Source of the DNA: Eledone cirrhosa
Taxonomy: Eukaryota
Direction: 5' to 3'
Assembly (NCBI GenBank): GCA_964016885.1
Contig: OZ024741.1
Span: forward strand, 334,924,001 to 334,988,000
DNA: 64,000 nucleotides
The translations under genes and the position numbers were made by a program. The notes below the pieces were generated by a model. The model searched no databases. It was not told the origin of the DNA and saw only the letters and a program-made list of their open reading frames with translations. The stretch's first letter is position 1. Every line of letters begins with the position of its first letter. Of the stretch, positions 26,890 to 43,530 are shown piece by piece.

Positions 26890-29800
26890 CACTAATATTA
26901 TCACCAGCAGCAGCACTGACAACAACCATAGCATTATTGGCAACAACAACACTATTATCAGCAACACCACCATCACCATCACCAGTATTATCATCAGAAG
27001 CAATAGCCACAATATTACCACCACCACCACCACCACCACTAATATTATCAGCAGCAGCAATAGCCACAACATTATCAACACCACCACCACCACCACCACT
27101 AATATTATCAGCAGCAGCAATAGCCACAACATTATCAACACCACCACCACCACCATCACTAATATTATCAGCAGTAGCAATAGCCACAACATTATCAACA
27201 CCACCACCACCACTAATATTATCAGCAGCAGCAATAGCCACAACATTATCAACACCACCACCACCACCATCACTAATATTATCAGCAGTAGCAATAGCCA
27301 CAACATTATCAACACCACCACCACCACCACCACTAATATTATCAGCAGTAGCAATAGCCACAACATTATCAACACAACCACCACCACCATCACTAATATT
27401 ATCAGCAGTAGCAATAGCCACAACATTATCAACACCACCACCACCACCACCATCACTAATATTATCAGCAGCAGCAATATCCACAACATTATCAACACCA
27501 CCACCACCACCACCATCACTAATATTATCAGCAGTAGCAATAGCCACAACATTATCAACACCACCACCACCACCACCATCACTAATATTATCAGCAGCAG
27601 CAATATCCACAACATTATCAACACCACCACCACCACCACCATCACTAATATTATCAGCAGCAGCAATATCCACAACATTATCAACACCACCACCACCACC
27701 ACCATCACTAATATTATCAGCAGTAGCAATAGCCACAACATTATCAACACCACCACCACCACCATCACTAATATTATCAGCAGTAGCAATAGCCACAACA
27801 TTATCAACACCACCACCACCATCACTAATATTATCAGCAGCAGCAATAGCCACAACATTATCAACACCACCACCACCACCATCACTAATATTATCAGCAG
27901 TAGCAATAGCCACAACATTATCAACACCACCACCACCACCATCACTAATATTATCAGCAGCAGCAATAGCCACAACATTATCAACACCACCACCACCACC
28001 ATCACTAATATTATCAGCAGCAGCAATAGCCACAACATTATCAACACCACCAACACCACCATCACTAATATTATCAGCAGCAGCAATAGCCACAACATTA
28101 TCAACACCACCACCACCATCACTAATATTATCAGCAGCAGCAATAGCCACAACATTATCAACACCACCACCACCACCATCACTAATATTATCAGCAGCAG
28201 CAATAGCCACAACATTATCAACACCACCACCACCACCATCACTAATATTATCAGCAGCAGCAATAGCCACAACATTATCAACACCACCACCACCACCATC
28301 ACTAATATTATCAGCAGCAGCAATAGCCACAACATTATAAACACCACCACCACCACCATCACTAATATTATCAGCAGTAGCAATAGCCACAACATTATCA
28401 ACACCACCACCACCACCACCATCACTAATATTATCAGCAGCAGCAATAGCCACAACATTATCAACACCAGCACCACCACCACCACCATCACTAATATTAT
28501 CAGCAGCAGCAATAGCCACAACATTATCAACACCACCACCACCACAACCACTAATATTATCAGCAGCAGCAATAGCCACAACATTATCAACACCACCACC
28601 ACCATCACTATAATTATCAGCAGTAGCAATAGCCACAACATTATCAACACCACCACCACCACCACAACCACTAATATTATCAGCAGCAGCAATAGCCACA
28701 ACATTATCAACACCACCACCACCACCACCATCACTAATATTATCAGCAGTAGCAATAGCCACAACATTATCAACACCACCACCACTACCATCACTAATAT
28801 TATCAGCAGCAGCAATAGCCACAACATTATCAACACCACCACCACCACCACCATCACTAATATTATCAGAAGCAGCAATAGCCACAACATTATCAACACC
28901 ACCACCACCACCACTAATATTATCAGCAGCAGCAATAGCCACAACATTATCAACACCACCACCACCACCACTAATATTATCAGCAGCAGCAATAGACAAA
29001 ACATTATCAACACCACCACCACCACCATCACTAATATTATCAGCAGTAGCAATAGCCACAACATTATCAACACCACCACCACCACCACCACTAATATTAT
29101 CAGCAGCAGCAATAGACACAACATTATCAACACCACCACCACCACTAATATTATCAGCAGCAGCAATAGACACAACATTATCAACACCACCACCACCACC
29201 ACCACCACCACCACCATCACTAATATTATCAGCAGTAGCAATAGCCACAACATTATCAACACCACCACCACCACCACCACCACTAATATTATCAGCAGCA
29301 GCAATAGCCACAACATTATCAACACCACCACCACCGCCATCACTAATATTATCAGCAGTAGCAATAGCCACAACATTATCAACACCACCACCACCACCAC
29401 CACCATCACTAGTATTATCAGCAGCAGCAATAGCCACAACATTATCAACACCACCACCACCACCATCACTAATATTATCAGCAGCAGCAATAGCCACAAC
29501 AATATCAACACCACCACCACCACCATCACTAATATTATCAGCAGAAGCAATAGCCACAACATTATCAACACCACCACCACCACCACCACCATCACTAATA
29601 TTATCAGCAGTAGCAATAGCCACAACATTATCAACACCACAACCACCACCACCATCACTAATATTATCAGCAGTAGCAATAGCCACAACATTATCAACAC
29701 CACCACCACCACCACCACTAATATTATCAGCAGTAGCAATAGCCACAACATTGTCAATACCACCACCACCACCACCATCACTAATATTATCAGCAGCAGC

Positions 29801-32800
29801 AATAGCCACAACATTATCAACACCACCACCACCACCACCACCATCACTAATATTATCAGCAGTAGCAATAGCCACAACATTATCAACACCACCACCACCA
29901 CCACCACCATCACTAATATTATCAGCAGTAGCAATAGCCACAACATTATCAACACCACCACCACCACCACCATCACTAATATTATCAGCAGTAGCAATAG
30001 CCACAACATTATCACCACCACCACCACCACCACCATCATTAATATTATCAGCAGCAGCAATAGCCACAACATTATCAACACCACCACCACCACCATCACT
30101 AATATTATCAGCAGCAGCAATAGCCACAACATTGTCAACACCACCACCACCACCATCACTAATATTATCAGCAGTAGCAATAGCCACAACATTATCAACA
30201 CCACCACCACCACCACCATCACTAATATTATCAGCAGTAGCAATAGCCACATTATCAACACCACCACCACCACCACCATCACTAATATTATCAGCAGTAG
30301 CAATAGCCACAACATTATCACCACCACCACCACCACCACCATCACTAATATTATCAGCAGCAGCAATAGCCACAACATTATCAACACCACCACCACCACC
30401 ACCACCATCACTAATATTATCAGCAGCAGCAATAGACACAACATTATCACCACCACCACCACCACCACCATCACTAATATTATCAGCAGCAGCAATAGCC
30501 ACAACATTATCACCACCACCACCACCACCACCATCACTAATATTATCAGCAGCAGCAATAGCCACAACATTATCAACACCACCACCACCACCACCACCAC
30601 CACTAATAATATCAGCAGCAGCAATAGACACAACATTATCAACACCACCACCACCACCACCACCACCACTAATAATATCAGCAGTAGCAATAGCCACAAC
30701 ATTATCAACACCACCACCACCACCACCACCACCACCACCACCACCACTAATATTATCAGCAGCAGCAATAGACACAACATTATCAACACCACCACCACCC
30801 CCCCACCACCACCACCACTAATATTATCAGCAGCAGCAATAGCCACAACATTATCAACACCACCACCACCACAACCACCACCACCACCACTAATATTATC
30901 AGCAGCAGCAATAGACACAACATTATCAACACCACCACCACCACCACTACCACCACCACCACCACCACTAATATTATCAGCAGCAGCAATAGCCACAACA
31001 TTATCAACACAACCACCACCACCATCACTAATATTATCAGCAGTAGCAATAGCCACAACATTATCAACACCACCACCACCACCATCACTAATATTATCAG
31101 CAGCAGCAATAGCCACAACATTATCAACACCACCACCACCACCACCACCACCACTAATATTATCAACAGTAGCAATAGCCACAACATTATCAACACCACC
31201 ACCACCACCATCACTAATATTATCAGCAGCAGCAATAGCCACAACATTATCAACACCACCACCACCACCACCACCACCACTAATATTATCAGCAGTAGCA
31301 ATAGCCACAACATTATCAACACCACCACCACCACCATCACTAATATTATCAGCAGCAGCAATAGCCACAACATTATCAACACCACCACCACCACCACCAC
31401 CACCACTAATATTATCAGCAGTAGCAATAGCCACAACATTATCAACACCACCACCACCCCCACCACTAATATTATCAGCAGCAGCAATAGACACAACATT
31501 ATCAACACCACCACCACCACCACCACCACTAATATTATCAGCAGCAGCAATAGCCACAACATTATCAACACCACCACCATCACCACCATCACTAATATTA
31601 TCAGCAGTAGCAATAGCCACAACATTATCAACACCACCACCACCGCCACCATCACTAATATTATCAGCAGCAGCAATAGCCACAACATTATCAACACCAC
31701 CACCACCACCACCATCACTAATATTATCAGCAGTAGCAATAGCCACAACATTATCACCACCACCACCACCACCACCACCACCACTAATATTATCAGCAGT
31801 AGCAATAGCCACAACATTATCAACACCACCACCACCACCACCATCACTAATATTATCAGCAGTAGCAATAGCCACAACAATATCAACACCACCACCACCA
31901 CCATCACTAATATTATCAGCAGTAGCAATAGACACAACATTATCAACACCACCACCACCACCATCACTAATATTATCAGCAGCAGCAATAGACACAACAT
32001 TATCAACACCACCACCATCACTAATATTATCAGCAGCAGCAATAGACACAACATTATCAACACCACCACCACCACCATCACTAATATTATCAGCAGTAGC
32101 AATAGCCACAACATTATCACCACCACCACCACCACCACCATCACTAATATTATCAGCAGCAGCAATAGCCACAACATTATCAACACCACCACCACCACCA
32201 CTAATAATATCAGCAGCAGCAATAGACACAACATTTTCAACACCACCACCACCACCACCACCACTAATATTATCAGCAGTAGCAATAGCCACAACATTAT
32301 CAACACCACCACCACCACCACCACCACCACCACCACTAATATTATCAGCAGCAGCAATAGACACAACATTATCAACACCACCACCAGCACCCCACCACCA
32401 CCACCACTAATATTATCAGCAGCAGCAATAGCCACAACATTATCAACACCACCACCACCACAACCACCACCACCACCACTAATATTATCAGCAGCAGCAA
32501 TAGCCACAACATTATCAACACAACCACCACCACCATCACTAATATTATCAGCAGTAGCAATAGCCACAACATTATCAACACCACCACCACCACCATCACT
32601 AATATTATCAGCAGCAGCAATAGCCACAACATTATCAACACCACCACCACCACCACCACCACCACTAATATTATCAGCAGTAGCAATAGCCACAACATTA
32701 TCAACACCACCACCACCACCATCACTAATATTATCAGCAGCAGCAATAGCCACAACATTATCAACACCACCACCACCACCACCACCACCACTAATATTAT

Positions 32801-34820
32801 CAGCAGTAGCAATAGCCACAACATTATCAACACCACCACCACCACCATCCCTAATATTATCAGCAGCAGCAATAGCCACAACATTATCAACACCACCACC
32901 ACCACCACCACCACCACTAATATTATCAGCAGTAGCAATAGCCACAACATTGTCAACACCACCACCACCACCACCACCACTAATATTATCAGCAGCAGCA
33001 ATAGACACAACATTATCAACACCACCACCACCACCACCACCACTAATAATATCAGCAGCAGCAATAGCCACAACATTATCAACACCACCACCACCACCAC
33101 CATCACTAATATTATCAGCAGTAGCAATAGCCACAACATTATCAACATCACCACCACCGCCACCATCACTAATATTATCAGCAGCAGCAATAGCCACAAC
33201 ATTATCAACACCACCACCACCACCACCATCACTAATATTATCAGCAGTAGCAATAGCCACAACATTATCAACACCACCACCACCACCACCACCACCACCA
33301 CTAATATTATCAGCAGTAGCAATAGCCACAACATTATCAACACCACCACCACCACCACCATCACTAATATTATCAGCAGTAGCAATAGCCACAACAATAT
33401 CAACACCACCACCACCACCACCACTAATATTATCAGCACCAGCAATAGCCACAACATTATCAACACCACCAACACCACCATCACTAATATTATCAGCAGT
33501 AGCAATAGCCACAACATTATCAACACCACCACCACCACCACCATCACTAATATTATCAGCAGTAGCAATAGCCACAACATTATCAACACCACCACCACCA
33601 CCATCACTAATATTATCAGCAGTAGCAATAGCCACAACATTATCAACACCACCACCACCACCATCACTAATATTATCAGCAGCAGCAATAGCCACAACAT
33701 TATCAACACCACCACCACCACCACCACCATCACTAATATTATCAGCAGTAGCAATAGACACAACATTATCAACACCACCACCACCACCACCATCACTAAT
33801 ATTATCAGCAGCAGCAATAGCCACAACATTATCAACACCACCACCACCACCATCACTAATATTATCAGCAGTAGCAATAGCCACAACATTATCAACACCA
33901 CCACCACCACCATCACTAATATTATCAGCAGCAGCAATAGACACAACATTATCAACACCACCACCATCACTAATATTATCAGCAGTAGCAATAGCCACAA
34001 CATTATCAACACCACCACCACCACCACCACCACCACCATCACTAATATTATCAGCAGTAGCAATAGACACAACATTATCAACACCACCACCACCACCATC
34101 ACTAATATTATCAGCAGTAGCAATAGCCACAACATTATCAATACCACCACCACCACCACCACTAATATTATCAGCAGTAGCAATAGCCACAACATTATCA
34201 ACACCACCACCACCACCACCATCACTAATATTATCAGCAGTAGCAATAGACACAACATTATCAACACCACCACCACCACCATCACTAATATTATCAGCAG
34301 TAGCAATAGTCACAACATTATCAACACCACCACCACCACCATCACTAATATTATCAGCAGTAGCAATAGCCACAACATTATCAACACCACCACCACCACC
34401 ACCACCACCACTAATATTATCAGCAGCAGCAATAGCCACATCATTATCAACACCATCACCACCACCATCACTAATATTATCAGCAGCAGCAATAGCCACA
34501 ACATTGTCAACACCACCACCACCACCATCACCATCACTAATATTATCAGCAGCAGCAATAGCCACAACATTATCAACACCACCACCACCACCACCACCAT
34601 CACTAATATTATCAGCAGCAGCAATAGCCACAACATTATCAATACCACCACCACCACCACCATCACTAATATTATCAGCAGTAGCAATAGCCACAACATT
34701 ATCAACACCACCACCACCACCACCACTAATATAATCAGCAGTAGCAATAGCCACAACATTATCAACACCTCCACCACCAACACCATCACCAATATTATCA
34801 ACAACTACAACAACATTATT
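26890..34820. repeat. ~7.9-kb minisatellite; ~60-bp unit with constant CTAATATTATCAGCAG(C/T)AGCAATAGCCACAACATTATCAAC and a variable (ACC)n tract
   Basis: Roughly 125-130 tandem units, length varying in steps of 3 nt. Confidence 0.97.
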
Positions 34821-34837
34821 ATCAATAACATGGGAGG

Positions 34838-35003
34838 GGGGGAATTGGCAGTATCGGTAGAGAGTCAGACATGCTTTACGATCTGAGTTCAAATCCCACC
34901 GATGTTAACTTTGCCTTTCATCCTTTCGAGGTCGATAAAATAAAGTACCAGTAATGTAGTGAGATAATTGTCTGCCTTGTGCCAAAAGTAGAAACAATTA
35001 TTA
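34838..35003 (+). mobile_element. SINE of the dominant family (internal deletion) abutting the array
   Basis: GGCAGTATCGGTAGAG...GAGTTCAAATCC...GCCTTTCATCCTTTCGAGGTCGATAAAATAAAGTACC. Confidence 0.85.
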
Positions 35004-35069
35004 TCAATAACTACATTATCAACAACCACATATATTTATGTATATATGTATATATAAATATATATATAC

Positions 35070-35345
35070 CGGGTGATGTGTTGTTTCCTTGAGCAATACA
35101 CTTTATTTCACATTGCTCCAGTTTACTCAGCTGTAGAAATGAGATGATAGGGACAGGGGTCCCTATCATTCCACTGCAAATTGGTCATGGAGGTGCCATG
35201 GCGAAAAAGCCCCCCAGCAGTCACTGTAAATGAGGTTGGTGTTAGGAAGGGCATCCAGCTGTAGAAATCAAGCCAGAATCAGTTACCGTCCCACCCTTGC
35301 AAGCAGGGAAAAAGCGGACGTAAAATGAAATGAAATGAAATGAAT
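35070..35345 (+). mobile_element. SINE-like fragment: CORE-like segment joined to an RTE LINE 3' tail, (AAATG)n end
   Basis: TTCCTTGAGCAATACACTTTATTTCAC core; CTGTAAATGAGGTTGGTGTTAGGAAGGGCATCCAGCTGTAGAAATCAAGCC shared with 55192-55242. Confidence 0.65.
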
Positions 35346-35371
35346 AGATATATATATATATATATATATAT

Positions 35372-35559
35372 GTAGGAGGTGAGTTTTATTGTAGCACAAT
35401 AAAGCAATGCAAATATCGGATAAGTAGCACTGTACTGTTTGTAGGACTGGAGTATAAATAATATAAGATCAAAAGATGGTTAAAAGAGTTCCAAGTATTT
35501 TATTATGCGCATAATAAAATACTTGGAACTCTTTTAACCATCTTTTGATCTTATATTAT
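35372..35559. repeat. Perfect 102-bp palindrome (35458-35559, centre ATGCGCAT) with an unpaired tail on the left, (TA)n-flanked
   Basis: Base-by-base complementarity, no loop. Confidence 0.9.
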
Positions 35560-35568
35560 ATATATATA

Positions 35569-35603
<35 letters not shown>

Positions 35604-35607
<4 letters not shown>

Positions 35608-35795
35608 AAAAAGTATGACCTCGACGGCAGAGCTCAAGCCGTTTCGACGAGTATTTCTGTCCAGAAATAGCCGTCGAAACAGCTTGAGCTCTGACGTCGG
35701 GGTTATACCTGTTCCTATTACCCACTCTGCTACACTAAGTATTGAGTAATCTGGTGCGTTATGGTCCATCTGGTTCCTTACCACAATTCCTTCGT

Positions 35796-35796
<1 letters not shown>
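35604..35796 (+). mobile_element. Fold-back Penelope-like terminus (family copy 3)
   Basis: Imperfect arms ~35604-35659/35662-35717; GAAAC at 35676-35680; tail homologous to copies 1 and 2. Confidence 0.7.
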
Positions 35797-35829
<33 letters not shown>

Positions 35830-35903
35830 TATATTTATATATATATATACAATTGTTTTTATTGCATCTTTCATTATGATAAAAAACATTCCATTGCTTC
35901 ATA

Positions 35904-36008
<105 letters not shown>

Positions 36009-36099
36009 GCATATATATATACATATATTATCAACAGCAGCCATGTTATTAATGATCACAACCTTATCAACAAGTATAACAACAACATAATTATCAAAA

Positions 36100-39000
36100 A
36101 CTACATTGTCAACAATAACAACAACCACATTGTCAACCATAACAACAACCACATTATCAACAGTAACAACAACCACATTTTCAACAGTAACAACAACCAC
36201 ATTGTCAACAATAACAACAACCACATTGTCAACCATAACAACAACCACATTATCAACAGTAACAACAACCACATTTTCAACAGTAACAACAACCACATTG
36301 TCAACCATAACAACAACCACATTATCAACAGTAACAACAACCACATTTTCAACAGTAACAACAACCACATTGTCAACAGTAACAACAACCACATTGTCAA
36401 CAGTAATAACAACCACATTGTCAACAATATCAACAACTACATTGTCAACAATAACAACAACCACATTGTCAACAGTAACAACAACCACATTGACAACAGT
36501 AACAACAACCACATTGTCAACAGTAACAACAACCACATTGTCAACAATAACAACAACCACATTGTCAACAGTAACAACAACCACATTGTTACAGTAACAA
36601 CAACTACATTGTCAACAATAACAACAACTACATTGTCAACAATAACAACAACCACATTGTCAACAGTAACAACAACCACATTGTCAACCATAACAACAAC
36701 CATATTGTCAACAGTAACAACAACCACATTGTCAACAGTAACAACAACCACATTGTCAACAGTAACAACAACCACATTGTCAACAGTAACAACAACCACA
36801 TTGTCAACAATAACAACAACCACATTGTCAACAATAACAACAACCACATTGTCAACAATAACAACAACCACATTGTCAACAGTAACAACAACCACATTGT
36901 CAACAGTAACAACAACCACATCGTCAACAGTAACAACAACCACATTGTCAACCATAACAACAACCACATTGTCAACCATAACAACAACCACATTGTCAAC
37001 AATAACAACAACCACATTGTCAACCATAACAACAACCACATTGTCAACAATAACAACAACCACATTGTCAACAGTAACAACAACCACATTGTCAACAGTA
37101 ACAACAACCACATTGTCACCCATAACAACAACCACATTGTCAACCATAATAACAACTACATTGTCAGCAATAACAACAACCACATTGTCAACAGTAACAA
37201 CAACCACATTGTCAACCATAACAACAACCACATTGTCAACAATAACAACAACCACATTGTCAACAATAACAACAACTACATTGTCAACAGTAACAACAAC
37301 CACATTGTCAACCATAACAACAACCACATTGTCAACAATAACAACAACCACATTGTCAACAATAACAACAACGACATTGTCAACAGTAACAACAACCACA
37401 TTGTCAACCATAACAACAACCACATTGTCAACAATAACAACAACCACATTGTCAACAATAACAACAACTACATTGTCAACAGTAACAACAACCAAATTGT
37501 CAGCCATAACAATAACCACATTGTCAACAAGAACAACAACCACATTGTCAACAATAACAACAACCACATTGTCAACAGTAACAACAACCACATTGTCAAC
37601 CATAACAACAACCACATTGTCAACAATAACAACAACCACATTGTCAACAATAACAACAACTACATTGTCAACAGTAACAACAACCAAATTGTCAACCATA
37701 ACAATAACCACATTGTCAACAAGAACAACAACCACATTGTCAACAACAACAACAACCACATTGTCAACAGTAACAACAACCACATTGTCAACCATAACAA
37801 CAACCACATTGTCAACATTAACAACAACCACATTGTCAACAGTAACAACAACCGCATTGTCAACAGTAACAACAAATACAATGTCAACAGTACCAACAAC
37901 CACATTGTCAACAATAACAACAACCACATTGTCCACAATAATAACAACCACATTGTCAACCATAACAACAACCACATTGTCAACAGTAACAACAACCACA
38001 TTGTCAACCATAACAACAACCACATTGTCAACCATAACAACAACCACATTGTCAACCATAACAACAACCACATTGTCAACAATAACAACAACCACATTGT
38101 CAACAGTAACAACAACCACATTGTCAACAATAACAACAACCGCATTGTCAACCATAACAACAACCACATTGTCAACAGTAACAACAACCACATTGTCAAC
38201 AGTAACAACAACCACATTGTCAACAATAACAACAACCACATTGTCAACCATAACAACAACCACATTGTCAACCGTAACAACAACCACATTGTCAACAGTA
38301 ACAACAACCACATTGTCAACCATAACAACAACCACATTGTCAACAATAACAACAACCACATTGTCAACAATAACAACAACCACATTGTCAACAATAACAA
38401 CAACCACAATGTCAACCATAACAACAACTACATTGTCAACAGTAACAACAACCACATTGTCAACCATAACAACAACCACATTGTCAACAATAACAACAAC
38501 CACATTGTCAACAGTAACAACAACCACATTGTCAACCATAACAACAACCACATTGTCAACAATAACAACAACCACATTGTCAACAGTAACAACAACCACA
38601 TTGTCAACAATAACAACAACCACATTGTCAACAGTAACAACAACCACATTGTCAACAATAACAACAACCGCATTGTCAACCATAACAACAACCACATTGT
38701 CAACAGTAACAACAACCACATTGTCAACAATAACAACAACCACATTGTCAACAATAACAACAACCACAATGTCAACCATAACAACAACTACATTGTCAAC
38801 AGTAACAACAACCACATTGTCAACCATAACAACAACCACATTGTCAACAGTAACAACAACCACATTGTCAACAGTAACAACAACCACATTGTCAACCATA
38901 ACAACAACCACATTGTCAACAATAACAACAACCACATTGTCAACCATAACAACAACCACATTGTCAACAATAACAACAACCACATTGTCAACAGTAACAA

Positions 39001-42000
39001 CAACCACATCGTCAACAGTAACAACAACCGCATTGTCAACCATAACAACAACCACATTGTCAACAGTAACAACAACCACATTGTCAACAATAACAACAAC
39101 CACATTGTCAACAATAACAACAACCACAATGTCAACCATAACAACAACTACATTGTCAACAGTAACAACAACCACATTGTCAACCATAACAACAACCACA
39201 TTGTCAACAGTAACAACAACCACATTGTCAACAGTAACAACAACCACATTGTCAACCATAACAACAACCACATTGTCAACAATAACAACAACCACATTGT
39301 CAACAGTAACAACAACCACATCTTCAACAGTAACAACAACCACATTGTCAACCATAACAACAACTACATTGTCAACAATAACAACAACCACATTGTCAAC
39401 AATAACAACAACCACATTGTCAACAATAACAACAACTACATTGTCAACAATAACAACAACTACATTGTCAACAGTAACAACAACTACATTGTCAACAATA
39501 ACAACAACCACATTGTCAACCATAACAACAACCACATTGTCAACAGTAATAACAACCACATTGTCAACAGTAACAACAACCACATTGTCAACAGTAACAA
39601 CAACCACATTGTCAACAGTAACAACAACCACATTGTCAACAGTAACAACAACCACATTGTCAACCATAACAACAACCACATTGTCAACAATAACAACAAC
39701 CACATTGTCAACAATAACAACAACCACATTGTCAACAGTAACAACAACCACATTGTCAACCATAACAACAACCACATTGTCAACAATAACAACAACCACA
39801 TTGTCAACAATAACAACAACTACATTGTCAACAGTAACAACAACCAAATTGTCAGCCATAACAATAACCACATTGTCAACAAGAACAACAACCACATTGT
39901 CAACAATAACAACAACCACATTGTCAACAGTAACAACAACCACATTGTCAACCATAACAACAACCACATTGTCAACAATAACAACAACCACATTGTCAAC
40001 AATAACAACAACTACATTGTCAACAGTAACAACAACCAAATTGTCAACCATAACAATAACCACATTGTCAACAAGAACAACAACCACATTGTCAACAACA
40101 ACAACAACCACATTGTCAACAGTAACAACAACCACATTGTCAACCATAACAACAACCACATTGTCAACATTAACAACAACCACATTGTCAACAGTAACAA
40201 CAACCGCATTGTCAACAGTAACAACAAATACAATGTCAACAGTACCAACAACCACATTGTCAACAATAACAACAACCACATTGTCCACAATAATAACAAC
40301 CACATTGTCAACCATAACAACAACCACATTGTCTACAGTAACAACAACCACATTGTCAACCATAACAACAACCACATTGTCAACCATAACAACAACCACA
40401 TTGTCAACCATAACAACAACCACATTGTCAACAATAACAACAACCACATTGTCAACAGTAACAACAACCACATTGTCAACAATAACAACAACCACATTGT
40501 CAACAGTAACAACAACCACATTGTCAACAATAACAACAACCGCATTGTCAACCATAACAACAACCACATTGTCAACAGTAACAACAACCACATTGTCAAC
40601 AGTAACAACAACCACATTGTCAACAATAACAACAACCACATTGTCAACCATAACAACAACCACATTGTCAACCGTAACAACAACCACATTGTCAACAGTA
40701 ACAACAACCACATTGTCAACCATAACAACAACCACATTGTCAACAATAACAACAACCACATTGTCAACAATAACAACAACCACATTGTCAACAATAACAA
40801 CAACCACAATGTCAACCATAACAACAACTACATTGTCAACAGTAACAACAACCACATTGTCAACCATAACAACAACCACATTGTCAACAATAACAACAAC
40901 CACATTGTCAACAGTAACAACAACCACATTGTCAACAATAACAACAACCACATTGTCAACAATAACAACAACCACATTGTCAACAGTAACAACAACCACA
41001 TTGTCAACAATAACAACAACCACATTGTCAACAGTAACAACAACCACATTGTCAACAATAACAACAACCGCATTGTCAACCATAACAACAACCACATTGT
41101 CAACAGTAACAACAACCACATTGTCAACAATAACAACAACCACATTGTCAACAATAACAACAACCACAATGTCAACCATAACAACAACTACATTGTCAAC
41201 AGTAACAACAACCACATTGTCAACCATAACAACAACCACATTGTCAACAGTAACAACAACCACATTGTCAACAGTAACAACAACCACATTGTCAACCATA
41301 ACAACAACCACATTGTCAACAATAACAACAACCACATTGTCAACAATAACAACAACCACATTGTCAACAGTAACAACAACCACATCGTCAACAGTAACAA
41401 CAACCGCATTGTCAACCATAACAACAACCACATTGTCAACAGTAACAACAACCACATTGTCAACAATAACAACAACCACATTGTCAACAATAACAACAAC
41501 CACAATGTCAACCATAACAACAACTACATTGTCAACAGTAACAACAACCACATTGTCAACCATAACAACAACCACATTGTCAACAGTAACAACAACCACA
41601 TTGTCAACAGTAACAACAACCACATTGTCAACCATAACAACAACCACATTGTCAACAATAACAACAACCACATTGTCAACCATAACAACAACCACATTGT
41701 CAACAATAACAACAACCACATTGTCAACAGTAACAACAACCACATCGTCAACAGTAACAACAACCACATTGTCAACCATAACAACAACTACATTGTCAAC
41801 AATAACAACAACCACATTGTCAACAATAACAACAACCACATTGTCAACAATAACAACAACTACATTGTCAACAATAACAACAACTACATTGTCAACAGTA
41901 ACAACAACTACATTGTCAACAATAACAACAACCACATTGTCAACCATAACAACAACCACATTGTCAACAGTAATAACAACCACATTGTCAACAGTAACAA

Positions 42001-43530
42001 CAACCACATTGTCAACAGTAACAACAACCACATTGTCAACAGTAACAACAACCACATTGTCAACAGTAACAACAACCACATTGTCAACCATAACAACAAC
42101 CACATTGTCAACAATAACAACAACCACATTGTCAACAATAACAACAACCACATTGTCAACAGTTACAACAACCACATTGTCAACCAGAACAACAACTACA
42201 TTGTCAACCATAACAACAACCACATTGTCAACAGTAACAACAACCACATTGTCAACAGTAACAACAACCACATCGTCAACAGTAACAACAACCACATTGT
42301 CACCCATAACAACAACCACATTGTCAACCATAGCAACAACTACATTGTCAACAATAACAACAACCACATTGTCAACAGTAACAACAACCACATTGTCAAC
42401 CATAACAACAACCACATTGTCAACAATAACAACAACCACATTGTCAACAATAACAACAACTACATTGTCAACAGTAACAACAACCAAATTGTCAACCATA
42501 ACAATAACCACATTGTCAACAATAACAACAACCATATTGTCAACAATAACAACAACCACATTGTCAACAGTAACAACAACCACATTGTCAACCATAACAA
42601 CCACATTGTCAACATTAACAACAACCACATTGTCAACAGTAACAACAACTACATTGTCAACAGTAACAACAACCACATTGTCAACAGTAACAACAACCAC
42701 ATTGTCAACAATAACAACAACCACATTGTCAATCATAACAACAACCTCATTGTCAACAGTAACAACAACCACACTGTCAACAGTAACAACAACAACATTG
42801 TCAACAGTAACAACAACTACATTGTCAACAATAACAACAACCACAATGTCAACAATAACAACAACTACATTGTCAACAGTAACAACAACCACATTGCCAA
42901 CAGTAACAACAACCACATTGTCAACAGTAACAACAACTACATTGTCAACAATAACAACAACCACACTGTCAACAGTAACAACAACCACATTGTCAACCAT
43001 AACAACAACCACATTGTCAACAATAACAACAACCACATTGTCAACAATAACAACAACCACATTTTCAACAATAACAACAACCACAATGTCAACCATAACA
43101 ACAACTACATTGTCAACCATAACAACAACCCCATTGTCAACAATAACAACAACCACATTGTCAACAGTAACAACAACCACATTGTCAACAATAACAACAA
43201 CCACATTGTCAACAATAACAACAACCACATTGTCAACAGTAACAACAACCACATTGTCAACAGTAACAACAACCACATTGTCAACAGTAACAACAACCCC
43301 ATTGTCAACAATAACAACAACCACATTGTCAACCATAACAACAACCACATTGTCAACAATAACAACAACCACATTGTCAACAGTAACAACAACCACATTG
43401 TCAACAATAACAACAACCACATTGTCAACAATAACAACAACCACATTGTCAACAATAACAACAACCACATTGTCAACAGTAACAACAACCACATTGTCAA
43501 CAGTAACAACAACCACATTGTCAACAACAA
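36100..43530. repeat. ~7.4-kb 24-bp minisatellite CCACATTGTCAAC(AG/AA/CA)TAACAACAA, about 310 copies, with a ~2.35-2.4-kb higher-order duplication
   Basis: Tandem units; rare variants recur 2352 bp (37501/39853, 37931/40283) and 2400 bp (38271/40671) apart. Confidence 0.97.

Noticed and set aside
26848-34892. 1300-1800-aa Gly-rich or Leu/Val-rich ORFs, and CRISPR-like appearance of the array
   Set aside because: Open in several frames on both strands because units are triplet-based; frameshifts and plus-strand stops occur; the variable parts are only (ACC)n, not unique spacers, and there are no cas genes.
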